Origin: Candidatus Eiseniibacteriota bacterium
Lineage (GTDB): Bacteria; Eisenbacteria; RBG-16-71-46
Assembly: GCA_963717505.1 (NCBI GenBank)
Contig: OY970342.1
Location: 2,272,001-2,336,000 of the forward strand
Direction of reading: 5' to 3'
Length of the DNA stretch: 64,000 nt
The notes under the pieces are model-generated. The model saw only the letters and a list, made by a program, of their open reading frames with translations. It did no database searches and was not told the origin of the DNA. Shown here piece by piece: positions 10,293 through 20,552 of the stretch (positions within the stretch are counted from its first letter, which is position 1; every line of letters begins with the position of its first letter). Both the position numbers and the translations under genes were made by a program.

Positions 10293-11086
10293 GCGAAGGG
10301 CCGATTCTCAGGCTCGAGCGCGTCACCATGCAGTTCGGCGGGCTCAAGGCTTGCGCGGACCTGGATCTCGAGATTCCGAAGGGCGAGCTGTTCGGGCTGA
10401 TCGGCCCCAACGGCGCCGGCAAGACCACGGTCTTCAACGTGATTACCGGCGTCTATGCGCCGACGGAAGGCCAGGTGAAGTTCGAAGGCCACGCGATCCA
10501 GGGGTTCAAACCCAACGTGATCGCGCGACGTGGGATCACACGAACATTCCAGAATATTCGGCTCTTCAAGAGTCGGACCTGCCGCGACAATGTTTGTATT
10601 GGCGCTCATGGTCACCATAAGGCGGGCCTGGGGTCTGCGGTCTTTAGAACCGGTGGCTTCCGCGCCGACGAGCGCGACATTCAGAAACAGGCCGCCGACT
10701 TGCTGGAGCTGCTCGATCTCTCGGAGTTCGCCGACACCATCGCCGCCGAGCTGCCCTACGGCCAGCAGCGCCGGCTCGAAATCGCGCGGGCCTTGGCCGG
10801 CCGGCCGAGACTGCTCCTGCTCGATGAGCCCGCGGCGGGCTTGAATCCTCAAGAGAGCGACGAGCTGATGCATTTGATCGTCGAGATCCAAAGGCGTTTC
10901 GAGCTGACGATTCTCTTGATCGAGCACGACATGCGCGTGGTCATGGGCATCTGCCGGCGGATCGCGGTGCTCGACTACGGCGCCAAGATCGCCGAAGGCA
11001 CGCCGGGCGAGATTCGCACCAACCCGAAGGTGATCGAGGCTTACCTGGGCGAAGAGATCCAGGCCGACTTGGGTGCGGGGGCGTGA
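10289..11086 (+). CDS. livG: Branched-chain amino acid ABC transporter ATP-binding protein
   Basis: GPNGAGKTT, RTFQNIRLF, LPYGQQRRLEIARAL, LLLDEPAAG. Confidence 0.95.
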   Translation: MSEGPILRLERVTMQFGGLKACADLDLEIPKGELFGLIGPNGAGKTTVFNVITGVYAPTEGQVKFEGHAIQGFKPNVIARRGITRTFQNIRLFKSRTCRDNVCIGAHGHHKAGLGSAVFRTGGFRADERDIQKQAADLLELLDLSEFADTIAAELPYGQQRRLEIARALAGRPRLLLLDEPAAGLNPQESDELMHLIVEIQRRFELTILLIEHDMRVVMGICRRIAVLDYGAKIAEGTPGEIRTNPKVIEAYLGEEIQADLGAGA

Positions 11087-11826
11087 TGGCGACGGGTGGC
11101 GGCGCGACGAATGGAGCGTCAATCCTGGAAGTCCGCGACCTGGACGTCGCCTACGGCGCGGTCCACGCGCTCAAGCGCGTCAGCCTGACGTGCAGCAAAG
11201 GCGAGATCGTCACTCTGATCGGCGCCAACGGCGCGGGCAAGACCACGCTGCTGCGGACCATCTCGGGGCTGATTCGCTCGCGTTCCGGCAAGATCGTGTT
11301 CGAGGGTCGAGACATCGCGCGGGTTCCGCCGCACGACATCGTCGGTCTCGGCATCTCGCAGTCGCCCGAAGGCCGAATGGTGTTCGCGAATCTCACCGTC
11401 GAAGACAATCTGGAGCTTGGTGCGTACCGGCGGAAAGACAAGAAACAAATTCGCTCTGACTTCGACGGCATGTACGCACTGTTCCCGCGATTGCTCGAGC
11501 GGCGCAAGCAGATGGCCGGGACGTTGTCGGGTGGCGAGCAACAGATGCTGGCGATCGCCCGCGCCATGATGGCCCGGCCTCGGTTGCTCCTGTTGGACGA
11601 GCCTTCTCTTGGGATCGCCCCGATCTTGATGCGCGAGATATTTCAGACAATCAAAGCTATCAACCAACGCGGCATGACCGTGCTCCTGGTCGAACAGAAC
11701 GCGCACATGGCGCTGGCCATCGCGCGCCGCGGATACGTGCTCGAGACCGGGAGCGTGCGGCTCGAGGATTCGGCGGCGAATTTGCTGAAGAACGACGAGG
11801 TGCGGAAGGCGTATTTGGGCGGGTGA
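11083..11826 (+). CDS. livF: Branched-chain amino acid ABC transporter ATP-binding protein
   Basis: GANGAGKTT, LSGGEQQMLAIARA, LLLDEPSLG, YVLETG. Confidence 0.95.
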   Translation: MMATGGGATNGASILEVRDLDVAYGAVHALKRVSLTCSKGEIVTLIGANGAGKTTLLRTISGLIRSRSGKIVFEGRDIARVPPHDIVGLGISQSPEGRMVFANLTVEDNLELGAYRRKDKKQIRSDFDGMYALFPRLLERRKQMAGTLSGGEQQMLAIARAMMARPRLLLLDEPSLGIAPILMREIFQTIKAINQRGMTVLLVEQNAHMALAIARRGYVLETGSVRLEDSAANLLKNDEVRKAYLGG

Positions 11827-12203
11827 TCCCGACGATGAAGCCCTTGCTCACAGTCACCGCTGCGGTGGAGGTCACCGCGGGCGTGGGGTTGCTGGCCTCG
11901 CCGGCGATGGCTGCGTCGATCCTGCTCGGCGCCACGCTCGATGCCCCCGGGGTGATCGTCGCCCGGGTGGCCGGGGCGGCCTTGGTCGCGCTCGGATTTG
12001 CCTGCGGGCGCGCACGACAGGAGGGACGCAGCCGCGCCACGACCGGCATCGTCACCGCCATGATGTTCTACAACGTGGCTGTGGCCGCGATCCTCACCGT
12101 TGCCCGTTTCGGCGCGGGCCTGGGTGGTTGGGGTCTGTGGCCGGCCGTGATCGCGCACGTCGTCCTGGCCGGGTGGTGTCTCTCTCGCTTACGGCCGGAG
12201 TAG
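11823..12203 (+). CDS. Small hypothetical membrane protein (about 4 TM)
   Basis: Hydrophobic 126-aa ORF translationally coupled to livF (GTGA overlap). Confidence 0.6.
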   Translation: MIPTMKPLLTVTAAVEVTAGVGLLASPAMAASILLGATLDAPGVIVARVAGAALVALGFACGRARQEGRSRATTGIVTAMMFYNVAVAAILTVARFGAGLGGWGLWPAVIAHVVLAGWCLSRLRPE

Positions 12204-12344
12204 GTTCGGAACCGGCTTCATGGACGCAAGACGGATGCCCGCAGCCAGGGAGGCGGGCAGTAGGTCGGTATTCAGAGTGACCCACTATCGGGAAGCGGCG
12301 GGCGCGGAATTGACCGCGCGATTCCGGTAATATCCGAGCCATCT

Positions 12345-13802
12345 ATGGCCCAGCCCTCCGCACGTTCACTGCCGTCGGTCGACGCGGTTCTCCGCCGTCC
12401 CGAGCTGGCCGCTGCGCTCGTGGCCCTGCCACGCCCCTTGATCGTCGAAGCGATCCGCGCCGAGATTTCGGCGGCCAGGGCCGCCCTGCGGGCCGTCGCG
12501 GGCAACGGGAAGGCTCGCCGGGGCAAGTCCCGTGGATTGGCCACGGAGCCACTGGTGGTGGTGCCGAGCGATTCGGAACTCGCCACCCGCGCCGCCGAGC
12601 GCGCCGGTGCGACCCATCGCCCGCAATTCCGCCGTGTGCTCAACGCCACAGGAATCGTTCTACATACGAACCTGGGCAGATCGCCGCTGTCCGAGGCCGC
12701 CCGGCGAGCAGTCGACCAAGTCGCCCGAGGCTACTCCAACCTGGAATTCGAACTCGAAACCGGCAAACGCGGCGGGCGCGGCGCCGGCGTCGAAAACTGG
12801 CTCTGCCGGCTGACCAGCGCCGAGTCGGCCCTGGTCGTGAACAACGGTGCAGCCGCGATTCTCGTGACTTTGTCCGCGCTGGCCTCAGGCAGACCAGTAA
12901 TAGTCTCGCGCGGCGAGCTGGTCGAGATCGGCGGGTCTTTCCGGGTCCCCGACGTCATGGAAAAGAGCGGCGCGGAGCTCGTGGAGGTCGGCACCACCAA
13001 TCGCACGCACCTGCGTGACTACGAGCGTGCACTCAGCAAGCACAAGAACACGGCCGCAATTCTCAGAGTCCATCGCAGCAATTTCAGGATTCAGGGCTTC
13101 ACCACCCAGCCCGAGATCTCAGATCTGGCCAAGCTCACGAGAAAACACAAGATCCCGCTCATTGAAGATCTCGGCAGCGGGGCGCTCGTGGACCTTTCGG
13201 CCCTCGGCATCGAGCGCGAGCCGACGGTCGGCGAGAGCCTGAAGGCCGGTTGTGACGTGGTCACGTTCTCGGGCGACAAGCTCCTGGGCTCGACCCAGGC
13301 GGGCCTCATTCTCGGCCGCCAGAAGCACGTCGACCGCATCCGCAAGGACCCACTGGTGAGAGCACTCAGGGTCGACAAGCTCACGCTGGCGGCCCTCGAA
13401 GCCACGCTGCCGGCCTACCTCGATCCGGCCCGTGCCGCCCGCGAAATCCCTGCGCTTGCCATGCTCGCGACACCCGTGGCCGAGCTGGAAAAACGCGCCC
13501 ATGCGCTCGCCGAGGCGCTGAAGAAGAACGTCCCGGACCTGCAAGTTCGTGTCGAGCCCGGCTCGGGCGAGGTCGGTGGCGGCGCCCTGCCGTTGCAGAG
13601 GCTTCCAGGCTGGGTGGTCTCGATCACCCATCCCCGCCTCGCGGTCGACTTGATCGAGGCAAAAGCTCGTGCGGCAGAACCGCCCGTAATCGGGTACATT
13701 CGGGACGGCAGATTCCGGCTGGACGTCAGAACCCTGGCCGAGGACGAGGTCCGCGAGGCCGTGCAGGCTCTTGCTCGGACCCTCGGAGGCACAGGTAAAT
13801 GA
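12345..13802 (+). CDS. selA: L-seryl-tRNA(Sec) selenium transferase
   Basis: RVLNATGIVLHTNLGR, VVNNGAAA, SRGELVEIGGSFRVP, EVGTTNRT, FSGDKLLG (PLP lysine). Confidence 0.95.
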   Translation: MAQPSARSLPSVDAVLRRPELAAALVALPRPLIVEAIRAEISAARAALRAVAGNGKARRGKSRGLATEPLVVVPSDSELATRAAERAGATHRPQFRRVLNATGIVLHTNLGRSPLSEAARRAVDQVARGYSNLEFELETGKRGGRGAGVENWLCRLTSAESALVVNNGAAAILVTLSALASGRPVIVSRGELVEIGGSFRVPDVMEKSGAELVEVGTTNRTHLRDYERALSKHKNTAAILRVHRSNFRIQGFTTQPEISDLAKLTRKHKIPLIEDLGSGALVDLSALGIEREPTVGESLKAGCDVVTFSGDKLLGSTQAGLILGRQKHVDRIRKDPLVRALRVDKLTLAALEATLPAYLDPARAAREIPALAMLATPVAELEKRAHALAEALKKNVPDLQVRVEPGSGEVGGGALPLQRLPGWVVSITHPRLAVDLIEAKARAAEPPVIGYIRDGRFRLDVRTLAEDEVREAVQALARTLGGTGK

Positions 13803-13860
13803 TTGCGACGTCCCGCCCCCGGGCGATGGATCGCGCGCACCCTACGGGAAGGGAATAAGG

Positions 13861-16800
13861 ATGTTCCTGCAAAAGCTCGAGCTTCAGGGCTTCAAGTCGT
13901 TCGTCGACCGCGTCCACCTCGATTTCGGCGACGGCATTACCGGCGTCATCGGTCCCAACGGCTGCGGCAAGACCAACATCTCCGACGCCATCCGCTGGGT
14001 CATGGGCGAGCAGAGCGCCAAGACTTTGCGTGGCGACTCGATGGAAGACGTCATCTTCAATGGCTGCCCGACCCGCAAGCCGGTCGGCATGGCCGAAGTC
14101 CACCTGACCTTCCGCAACGACCGCGGGATCCTGCCCACCGAGTACTCCGAAGTCACGATCTCGCGCCGCGTGTTCCGCTCCGGCGTCTCCGAGTACTTCC
14201 TGAACAAGACCCCGTGCAGGCTTCGGGACATCCGGGACTTGTTCTATGACACGGGCATGGGAAGCCACGCTTACTCGGTCATCGAGCGCTCGATGGTCGA
14301 TCACGTGCTCTCCGACAATTCCGGCCATCGTCGCTTCCTGTTCGAGGAGGCCTCGGGAATCACCAAGTACAAGGCGCGCAAGAAAGAAGCTCTCAGTAAG
14401 CTCGAAGCCGCCGACGGCGATCTGACGCGCTTGAACGACATCGTTTTTGAAATCGAAAGAGAACTTCGTTCCCTGGCCCGTCAGGTCGGAAAGGCGCGCA
14501 AGTACCAAAGGCTTCGCGATCGCGTTAGAGATTTGGATCTATTGATCACGGCAAGGCAAGTCGTAGGCCTGCGCGAGCGCGAGCGCACTGCGGCGGATCA
14601 GTGGCAGGAAGAGGCGGTGCGGCGCGAGGGTGCGGCGACCGCACTCGATAAGCTGGAAGCCGGGCTCAACGACCAGAAGCTCGCCCTGCTCGAACTGGAG
14701 CGCCAGTTGTCGACGGCGCAAGCGGGGCTGCGCGATCGCGAGGACACACGGGTCAAGGCCGAGCAGCAGACCGTGTTGCTGCGGGAGCGCGCCGACGGCT
14801 TGACCGGGCGCGCCCAGGAAGCCGACGAAGAGTGCGCGCGGATCCAGGCGCGGCTCGCCGACGTGCGTGGCGAGGAGCAAGAGGCGCAATCGCGGCGCGC
14901 CGAGCTGCGCATCGGGCTCGAAGGGGCGCAGCGCGAGGCCGAGGATCGCGAGAAGTCGCTGGCCGAGCTCGACGCCGAGCTCCGCCAACATCGCTCGGCG
15001 GCGGCGGACCACAAGCAGCTGTCGCTCGACCTGTTCTCGACCGAGGCCGAGAAGCGCGCGGCGCGCGAGCGGGTACTCGAGCGCAAGTCGTCGATCGGCG
15101 AGCGGCTCGACGCCTCACGCGAGCGACTCGAGGCCATGGAGGACCGCCTGGCCGAGCTCGAGCGCATCAGCATCGCCGGCGAGGAGCGGCGTGACGATCT
15201 CGAGGTCGAGCTGCAGGAGTCGCGCAGGTTGCTGGCCGAGGCCGAACAGGCGGTCGAGGCGGCGGCCGTCGCGCTGACGGCCCACGACGCCGGCGCTGGC
15301 AAGCTGCGGGAAGAACAGGCAGCAGCCGAGTCGCGGCTCAACACGCTGCTCGAGCTCAAACGCAGCTTCGAAGGGATTTCCGAAGGCGCCAAGGCCTTGC
15401 TGACCGGTACCCCGGTGCACGGCGTGATCGGCGTGCTGGCCGACGTGCTCCAGGTGCCGGCGACTTACATCGATGCGCTCGAAGCGTCGCTCGGCGAAGC
15501 CTCGGCCTTCGTCCTGGTCGAGTCGGCTCTGGCCCGCGACGCGGCACTCGAGCGCCTGCGCGGCATCCCCCAGGGGCGCGCGACTCTCGTCGATTTGTCT
15601 GCAGTCGTTCCCGGCGCTCCGCCGCCGATCCCGGAGGACAAAGAAGTCGTCGGACGGGCATCGGACCTGGTGCGCTGCGACGAACGCCACCGGCCTCTGG
15701 TCGAGCGACTGCTCGGCTCGGTGGTCATGGTCTTGAACCGCGCGACCGCCCAGCGCCTCGCCACGGCGGGCGAAGGCGGACTCCGATTCGTGAGCCTGGA
15801 CGGCGAAGTTTGGGAGCGTGGCCGCGTGCGTGCGGGTTCGGCGGCGTCGCTGCCGGGTCTGCTCCATCGCGAGATGGAGATTCGCGACCTGACCGGCCAG
15901 CTTGCCGAGATGGGCATGGCCATCGATGCCGCCGGCCGCGAACGCCAGGCGCTCGAGGCGCATCGGTCCGAGCGGATCGCCGCGCGGGCCGCGGCCGCGA
16001 GTGAGGTCGACCGCCGTCGGGATACCGCGGAGCAGTTGGACCGCGAACTCGAAGCCGGATCGCGCGAGCAGGGTTGGGCCGCCGCCGAGGCCGAGGCCCG
16101 GATTCGCGAGATCACGACGTTCGTCGCCGAGCAGGAAACGCTCGAACGCCAGCTCCAGGAAGCCGAGGCCGAGCTGGCTCGCTTCCAGACCCAGCTGGAT
16201 CATGCTCGCGCCCAGCTGGTCGATCTCGACACGGTGGTCCGCAACATCGAGACGCGGCGCGACGAAGCCGCAGCCGGCGCACAGTCGGCGCGCGAGCTGT
16301 TGTTGCGCATGGCGCGCGAAGACGCCGAGTGCCAGGCGCGCTGGGCGCGCGCCGAGCAGACCCGCCGCGAGCTGGAAGCGGCACTCGCCGCCCGGACCAC
16401 CGAGGGCACGGAGGCACGGGCCCGGGTGGCCGAGATCGAGGCCGAGATCAGCGGCATCGGCGCCGGGCTCGCCGGTCTGCTCGCCTCGGAGGGCGAGCAG
16501 CGCGAACGCGTGACCGAGCTGCTCGGCCGCTTCCAGACGCTCAAGGCCGGCGTCCAGGCCGGCGAGGACGAGGCGCGCGCCAAGCGATTTGCGCAGACAG
16601 AACTGAACGAGCTGCTGCACTCGCTCGAGCTGGATCGCGTCCAGGTGCGGGCCGAACTGGACCGCACGCTCGAGCGACTGCGGGTCGAGCACGAGCTGAA
16701 TCCGGCCGAATGGCAGCCGGCGGCCGAGCCCGAGGGCTTCGATCCCGAGCAGGCGAACCGCGATCTCGGCGAAGCTCGCGAACGGCTGCGCAGCGTCGGC

Positions 16801-17442
16801 GCGGTCAACTTGCTGGCGCTGGATGACTACACCAAGAAGAGAGAGCGCTGGCAATTCCTCACCCGCCAGCGCGAGGATCTGCTCCTGGCCAAGGCACAAT
16901 TGCTCGAGGCCATCGAGAAGATCAATACCACCGCGAGCACGCTGTTTGTCGAGACCTTCGAGAAGGTGCAGGTCCACTTCCGCGACATCTTCAAGACTCT
17001 GTTCGAGGGCGGCGATTGCGAGCTGCGCAAGCTCGGCGAGGACCCGCTCGAGTGTGAGATCGAGATCGTCGCCAAGCCGCGCGGCAAACACCTGCAAAGC
17101 ATCAGCCTGATGTCGGGCGGTGAGCGGGCGCTGACCGCGATCGCGCTGCTGTTCGCGATCTACTTGGTCAAGCCTTCGCCGTTCTGCCTGCTCGACGAGG
17201 TCGATGCCCCGCTCGACGACGCCAACGTCGACCGCTTCCTGCGCATGCTGGGGCGGTTCAGCGACCGCACCCAGTTCGTGGTCATCACCCACAACAAGCG
17301 GACGATGGAAGCCTCGCCCTGCCTGTACGGCGTGACCATGCAGGAGCTGGGCATCTCCAAGCTGGTGTCGGTGCAGTTCGGCGGCGTCGAGCGTTCGACG
17401 CCGGTCGTCCGGCCGGACGAGCTGGTGGAGGCGGGAGCGTAG
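13861..17442 (+). CDS. smc: Chromosome segregation protein SMC
   Basis: GFKSF, GPNGCGKTNI Walker A, coiled coils, hinge, MSGGERAL signature, LLDEVDAPLDDAN. Confidence 0.97.
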   Translation: MFLQKLELQGFKSFVDRVHLDFGDGITGVIGPNGCGKTNISDAIRWVMGEQSAKTLRGDSMEDVIFNGCPTRKPVGMAEVHLTFRNDRGILPTEYSEVTISRRVFRSGVSEYFLNKTPCRLRDIRDLFYDTGMGSHAYSVIERSMVDHVLSDNSGHRRFLFEEASGITKYKARKKEALSKLEAADGDLTRLNDIVFEIERELRSLARQVGKARKYQRLRDRVRDLDLLITARQVVGLRERERTAADQWQEEAVRREGAATALDKLEAGLNDQKLALLELERQLSTAQAGLRDREDTRVKAEQQTVLLRERADGLTGRAQEADEECARIQARLADVRGEEQEAQSRRAELRIGLEGAQREAEDREKSLAELDAELRQHRSAAADHKQLSLDLFSTEAEKRAARERVLERKSSIGERLDASRERLEAMEDRLAELERISIAGEERRDDLEVELQESRRLLAEAEQAVEAAAVALTAHDAGAGKLREEQAAAESRLNTLLELKRSFEGISEGAKALLTGTPVHGVIGVLADVLQVPATYIDALEASLGEASAFVLVESALARDAALERLRGIPQGRATLVDLSAVVPGAPPPIPEDKEVVGRASDLVRCDERHRPLVERLLGSVVMVLNRATAQRLATAGEGGLRFVSLDGEVWERGRVRAGSAASLPGLLHREMEIRDLTGQLAEMGMAIDAAGRERQALEAHRSERIAARAAAASEVDRRRDTAEQLDRELEAGSREQGWAAAEAEARIREITTFVAEQETLERQLQEAEAELARFQTQLDHARAQLVDLDTVVRNIETRRDEAAAGAQSARELLLRMAREDAECQARWARAEQTRRELEAALAARTTEGTEARARVAEIEAEISGIGAGLAGLLASEGEQRERVTELLGRFQTLKAGVQAGEDEARAKRFAQTELNELLHSLELDRVQVRAELDRTLERLRVEHELNPAEWQPAAEPEGFDPEQANRDLGEARERLRSVGAVNLLALDDYTKKRERWQFLTRQREDLLLAKAQLLEAIEKINTTASTLFVETFEKVQVHFRDIFKTLFEGGDCELRKLGEDPLECEIEIVAKPRGKHLQSISLMSGGERALTAIALLFAIYLVKPSPFCLLDEVDAPLDDANVDRFLRMLGRFSDRTQFVVITHNKRTMEASPCLYGVTMQELGISKLVSVQFGGVERSTPVVRPDELVEAGA

Positions 17443-17540
17443 TCGCGGCTCCGGTCGCGCGGCGTACGCCGCGCCCACGCCGTCGCTCCGAATCCAGGAG
17501 TGACCGCCGAGCCGCGCCAACGTGGCTCGCGCGGGCGCCC

Positions 17541-19631
17541 ATGGCACTCGCCGTACTGTTCGTCGTCGCGCTCTCGTGGCGGCTCGGCTACCTCGGCCGT
17601 CTGGCCCGGAGTCCCCTCGGCGGCGGGCTGACCGAAGACGCCGCGATCTACTGGGAGTGGGCGGGGGCTCTGCTCGAGCAGGGTTGGCTCGGGAGCAACG
17701 CGTTCTTCCTCGGGCCGCTCTATCCCTACACCCTTGCGATTCTGCGCACGCTGTTCGGCGACTCGATCTCGGCGATGCTCGTGGTGCAGGCCGTGTGGGG
17801 TGCTGGGGCGTGCGTCCTTTTGGCCGACGCCGCACGGCGAATCGCGGGACCGGTCGCAGCCGTGGTCGCCGGAGTGCTCGCGTGTTTCTACGAGCCCGCC
17901 GTGTTCTTCGACGGGCTCGTGCTCATGGAGAGTCTGCTCTTTGCGCTCGCTTCGCTGCTGCTGTGGTGGGTGGCGAAGTCGGCGCCGCGATCCGGACCAC
18001 GCAGTCTTTCGGCGGTGCCCGCCGCCGTGCTCGACCTCGCGGTTACCGGAGCGATCATCGGGCTCATGGCCGCCGGTCGCGCCACTTCGGCGTTGCTGTT
18101 GATTCCCGCCGCCTGGCTGCTGATGCCCGTCGCGTCGGACTCGCCGCGCCATGGGCTGCGGCACGGCCTGGCGCTCGCTCTGGGCTTCGGGCTGGTGGCG
18201 GCGCCGATCGCGGTGCGCAACCTCGCGGTGAGCGGCGAGTGGATTCCCTTCACCTACAACGCCGGCTACAACCTGTATGTCGGCAACAATCCGGAAGCCA
18301 ACGGTTCGTTCGTTTGGATCACCGGAACCCACCAGTCGTCGCGCGCCGTCGGCCAGGCCGCCGAGGGCGGCGCCACGCTGGACGGGCGCGAGTATCTCGC
18401 GCGCACCGAGGGCCGCGAGTTCGGACCCTCGGCCAGCTCGGCACTCTGGGCGTCGCGCGCGGCGGAGTACGCGCGCGCGAATTTGGGACGCTCGCTGTCG
18501 CTCGCGTTGCGCAAGCTGGCGATGATGTGGAATCGACACGAGTACCCGCAGATCGAGAACCTGGTCGAATATCGCCACGTGGCGGGCCCGCTCGGGTTGC
18601 CGATCGCCGGGAGCTTCCTGGTGCTCGGCCCGCTCGCGATCGCCGGCGGCTGGTTCGCATGGCGAAGGGGGGCGGCGGGCCGATTCCTCGTCGCCTATGC
18701 GGTCACCATGACCCTGGCCATCGCGCCGTTCTTCGTGACCGACCGCTTCCGCCACCAACTGGCACCTGCGGCCCTGGTGCTCGCCGGCATCGCCGCGGTG
18801 CACACGGTCGATGCTTGGCGCCGCCCGTTGCGCCGGCCCCGAATCGAAGCGACTCTGGCGCTGCTGGTCGGGATTCTCATCGTGTTCCTCCCGGCGCCGA
18901 GGCTGAGTGCGGCCAAGCAGGCGTGGGGCATGGCCGCCGACCTTGGCGTTCGCTGGATGGAGCGCGGGCGCCCGGACCTCGCGATCCGCGAGTATCAGCG
19001 GGCGATCGAGATCGAGTCGCGGATGGAGACGCCGTCCGGCACCAGTGCGGCGACCGAGCGCGCCGCCCTCTACCACAACTACGCCAACGCGCTGGTGCGC
19101 ACCGGACGCCCCGAGCAGGCGCTCACGTGGTACGAGCGGGCTGCCCAAGCCGCTCCCGACAACGCCACGATTCAGAGCGCGCTGGCGAATGCCTATCGGC
19201 GCGCGGATCGTGAGGCCGAGGCCGCCGCGATCGAAGCGCGACTCTCGGGGCTCGTGGGTGGCGAGGCGCTGACGCTCAGTCAAAGAGGGTGGGACGCCGC
19301 GCGAGGCGGCGACCTGGCAGCGGCCGAGAGTCTGTTCGCGCGGGCCGTGGCGGTCGATCCCGCGCTCCACGACGCGTGGGCCGCGATCGTGCGGCTCCAG
19401 GTGCAAACCGGTCGCGCCGCCGCCGCTCAGGTCTCGCTCGAACGTGCGCGCGCCGCCGGGCTTTCGGCCGCCAGCTCCGCCGCGCACGAAGCGCTGGTGG
19501 CGGCAGCCCTCGGAGATCGATTGCGCGCGGAACGCGCGCTGGCCGCGGTCCCGCCCGCGGCACTGGCAAACGACCCGGTCCTGAGCAACGTAGTCGAGAG
19601 CGCGCGCTCGCTACTCCAGGGAAACCCGTAG
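17541..19631 (+). CDS. GT-C (ArnT/PMT-like) membrane glycosyltransferase with C-terminal TPR repeats
   Basis: DAAIYWEWA...PLYPY, multiple TM segments, NLYVGNNPEANG, RFR motif, TPR tail. Confidence 0.75.
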   Translation: MALAVLFVVALSWRLGYLGRLARSPLGGGLTEDAAIYWEWAGALLEQGWLGSNAFFLGPLYPYTLAILRTLFGDSISAMLVVQAVWGAGACVLLADAARRIAGPVAAVVAGVLACFYEPAVFFDGLVLMESLLFALASLLLWWVAKSAPRSGPRSLSAVPAAVLDLAVTGAIIGLMAAGRATSALLLIPAAWLLMPVASDSPRHGLRHGLALALGFGLVAAPIAVRNLAVSGEWIPFTYNAGYNLYVGNNPEANGSFVWITGTHQSSRAVGQAAEGGATLDGREYLARTEGREFGPSASSALWASRAAEYARANLGRSLSLALRKLAMMWNRHEYPQIENLVEYRHVAGPLGLPIAGSFLVLGPLAIAGGWFAWRRGAAGRFLVAYAVTMTLAIAPFFVTDRFRHQLAPAALVLAGIAAVHTVDAWRRPLRRPRIEATLALLVGILIVFLPAPRLSAAKQAWGMAADLGVRWMERGRPDLAIREYQRAIEIESRMETPSGTSAATERAALYHNYANALVRTGRPEQALTWYERAAQAAPDNATIQSALANAYRRADREAEAAAIEARLSGLVGGEALTLSQRGWDAARGGDLAAAESLFARAVAVDPALHDAWAAIVRLQVQTGRAAAAQVSLERARAAGLSAASSAAHEALVAAALGDRLRAERALAAVPPAALANDPVLSNVVESARSLLQGNP

Positions 19632-19643
19632 ACTGACGGACCC

Positions 19644-20552
19644 ATGCCCATGAACCTGTGGAATCGGATTCGCGACGGGCTCGCGCGCACGCGTGAGCGA
19701 GTGACCGGAACGCTCGGCGCCTTGCTCCAGCACAAAGGTGCCATCGATCCCGAGACCCGCGAGCGCCTGGAGGAAGCACTGCTCGCCGCCGACGTCGGGC
19801 CTTCGACCACCGACAAGCTGCTCGCCTCCGCCGCCGACCTGATGCGCCGCGAGCCCGAGCTGGACCTGCGCACCGCGCTCGAACGCACCGCCGCCGGAAT
19901 CACGGGCGCCAAGCGAGCGGCATTCGAGCCTGGAGCCTCGCGGCCTTGGGTGGCGCTGATCGTCGGCATCAACGGCGTCGGCAAGACGACGCTGGCCGGC
20001 AAGCTCGCGAGCCGATTCGCGAGCGCGGGGCGGCGCACGCTGCTGGTCGCGGCCGACACCTTCCGCGCCGCCGCCACCGATCAGCTCGCGGTGTGGGCCG
20101 AACGGGCCGGAGTGCAGTTGATCCGCGCCCAGGACGGCGCGGATCCGGCGGCGGTGGTGCACGATGCGCTCGCGGCAGCGAAGGCGCGCGACACCGAAGT
20201 CGTGCTGGTCGACACGGCCGGCCGGCTGCACACCAAGCAGAACCTGATGGCTGAACTCGAGAAGATGCACCGCGTGTGCGCGCGCCAGGTGCCGGGAGCA
20301 CCGCACCACGTGCTGCTGGTGCTCGACGCCACGCTCGGCCAGAACGCGCTCGCCCAGGCGCGCGAGTTCCAGCGCGCGACTGCGGTGACCAGCCTGGCGC
20401 TGACCAAGCTCGACGGCACGGCGCGCGGCGGCGCGGTGCTGGCGATCGCCGATCAGCTCGGACTGCCGATCAGCGTGGTCGGCGTAGGCGAGGGGATCGA
20501 CGACTGGGAGCCGTTCGACGCCGAGGCGTTCGCCCGCGGATTGTTCGAATAA
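19644..20552 (+). CDS. ftsY: Signal recognition particle receptor FtsY
   Basis: GINGVGKTT, DTFRAAA, DTAGRLHT, TKLDGTARGG, GVGEGIDD. Confidence 0.96.
   Translation: MPMNLWNRIRDGLARTRERVTGTLGALLQHKGAIDPETRERLEEALLAADVGPSTTDKLLASAADLMRREPELDLRTALERTAAGITGAKRAAFEPGASRPWVALIVGINGVGKTTLAGKLASRFASAGRRTLLVAADTFRAAATDQLAVWAERAGVQLIRAQDGADPAAVVHDALAAAKARDTEVVLVDTAGRLHTKQNLMAELEKMHRVCARQVPGAPHHVLLVLDATLGQNALAQAREFQRATAVTSLALTKLDGTARGGAVLAIADQLGLPISVVGVGEGIDDWEPFDAEAFARGLFE

Noticed and set aside
12204-12344. Possible tRNA-Sec (selC) upstream of selA
   Set aside because: No cloverleaf, T-loop or UCA anticodon arm found.
15115-17835. 906-aa ORF antisense to smc
   Set aside because: Mirror-frame artefact of strong codon bias; no motifs.
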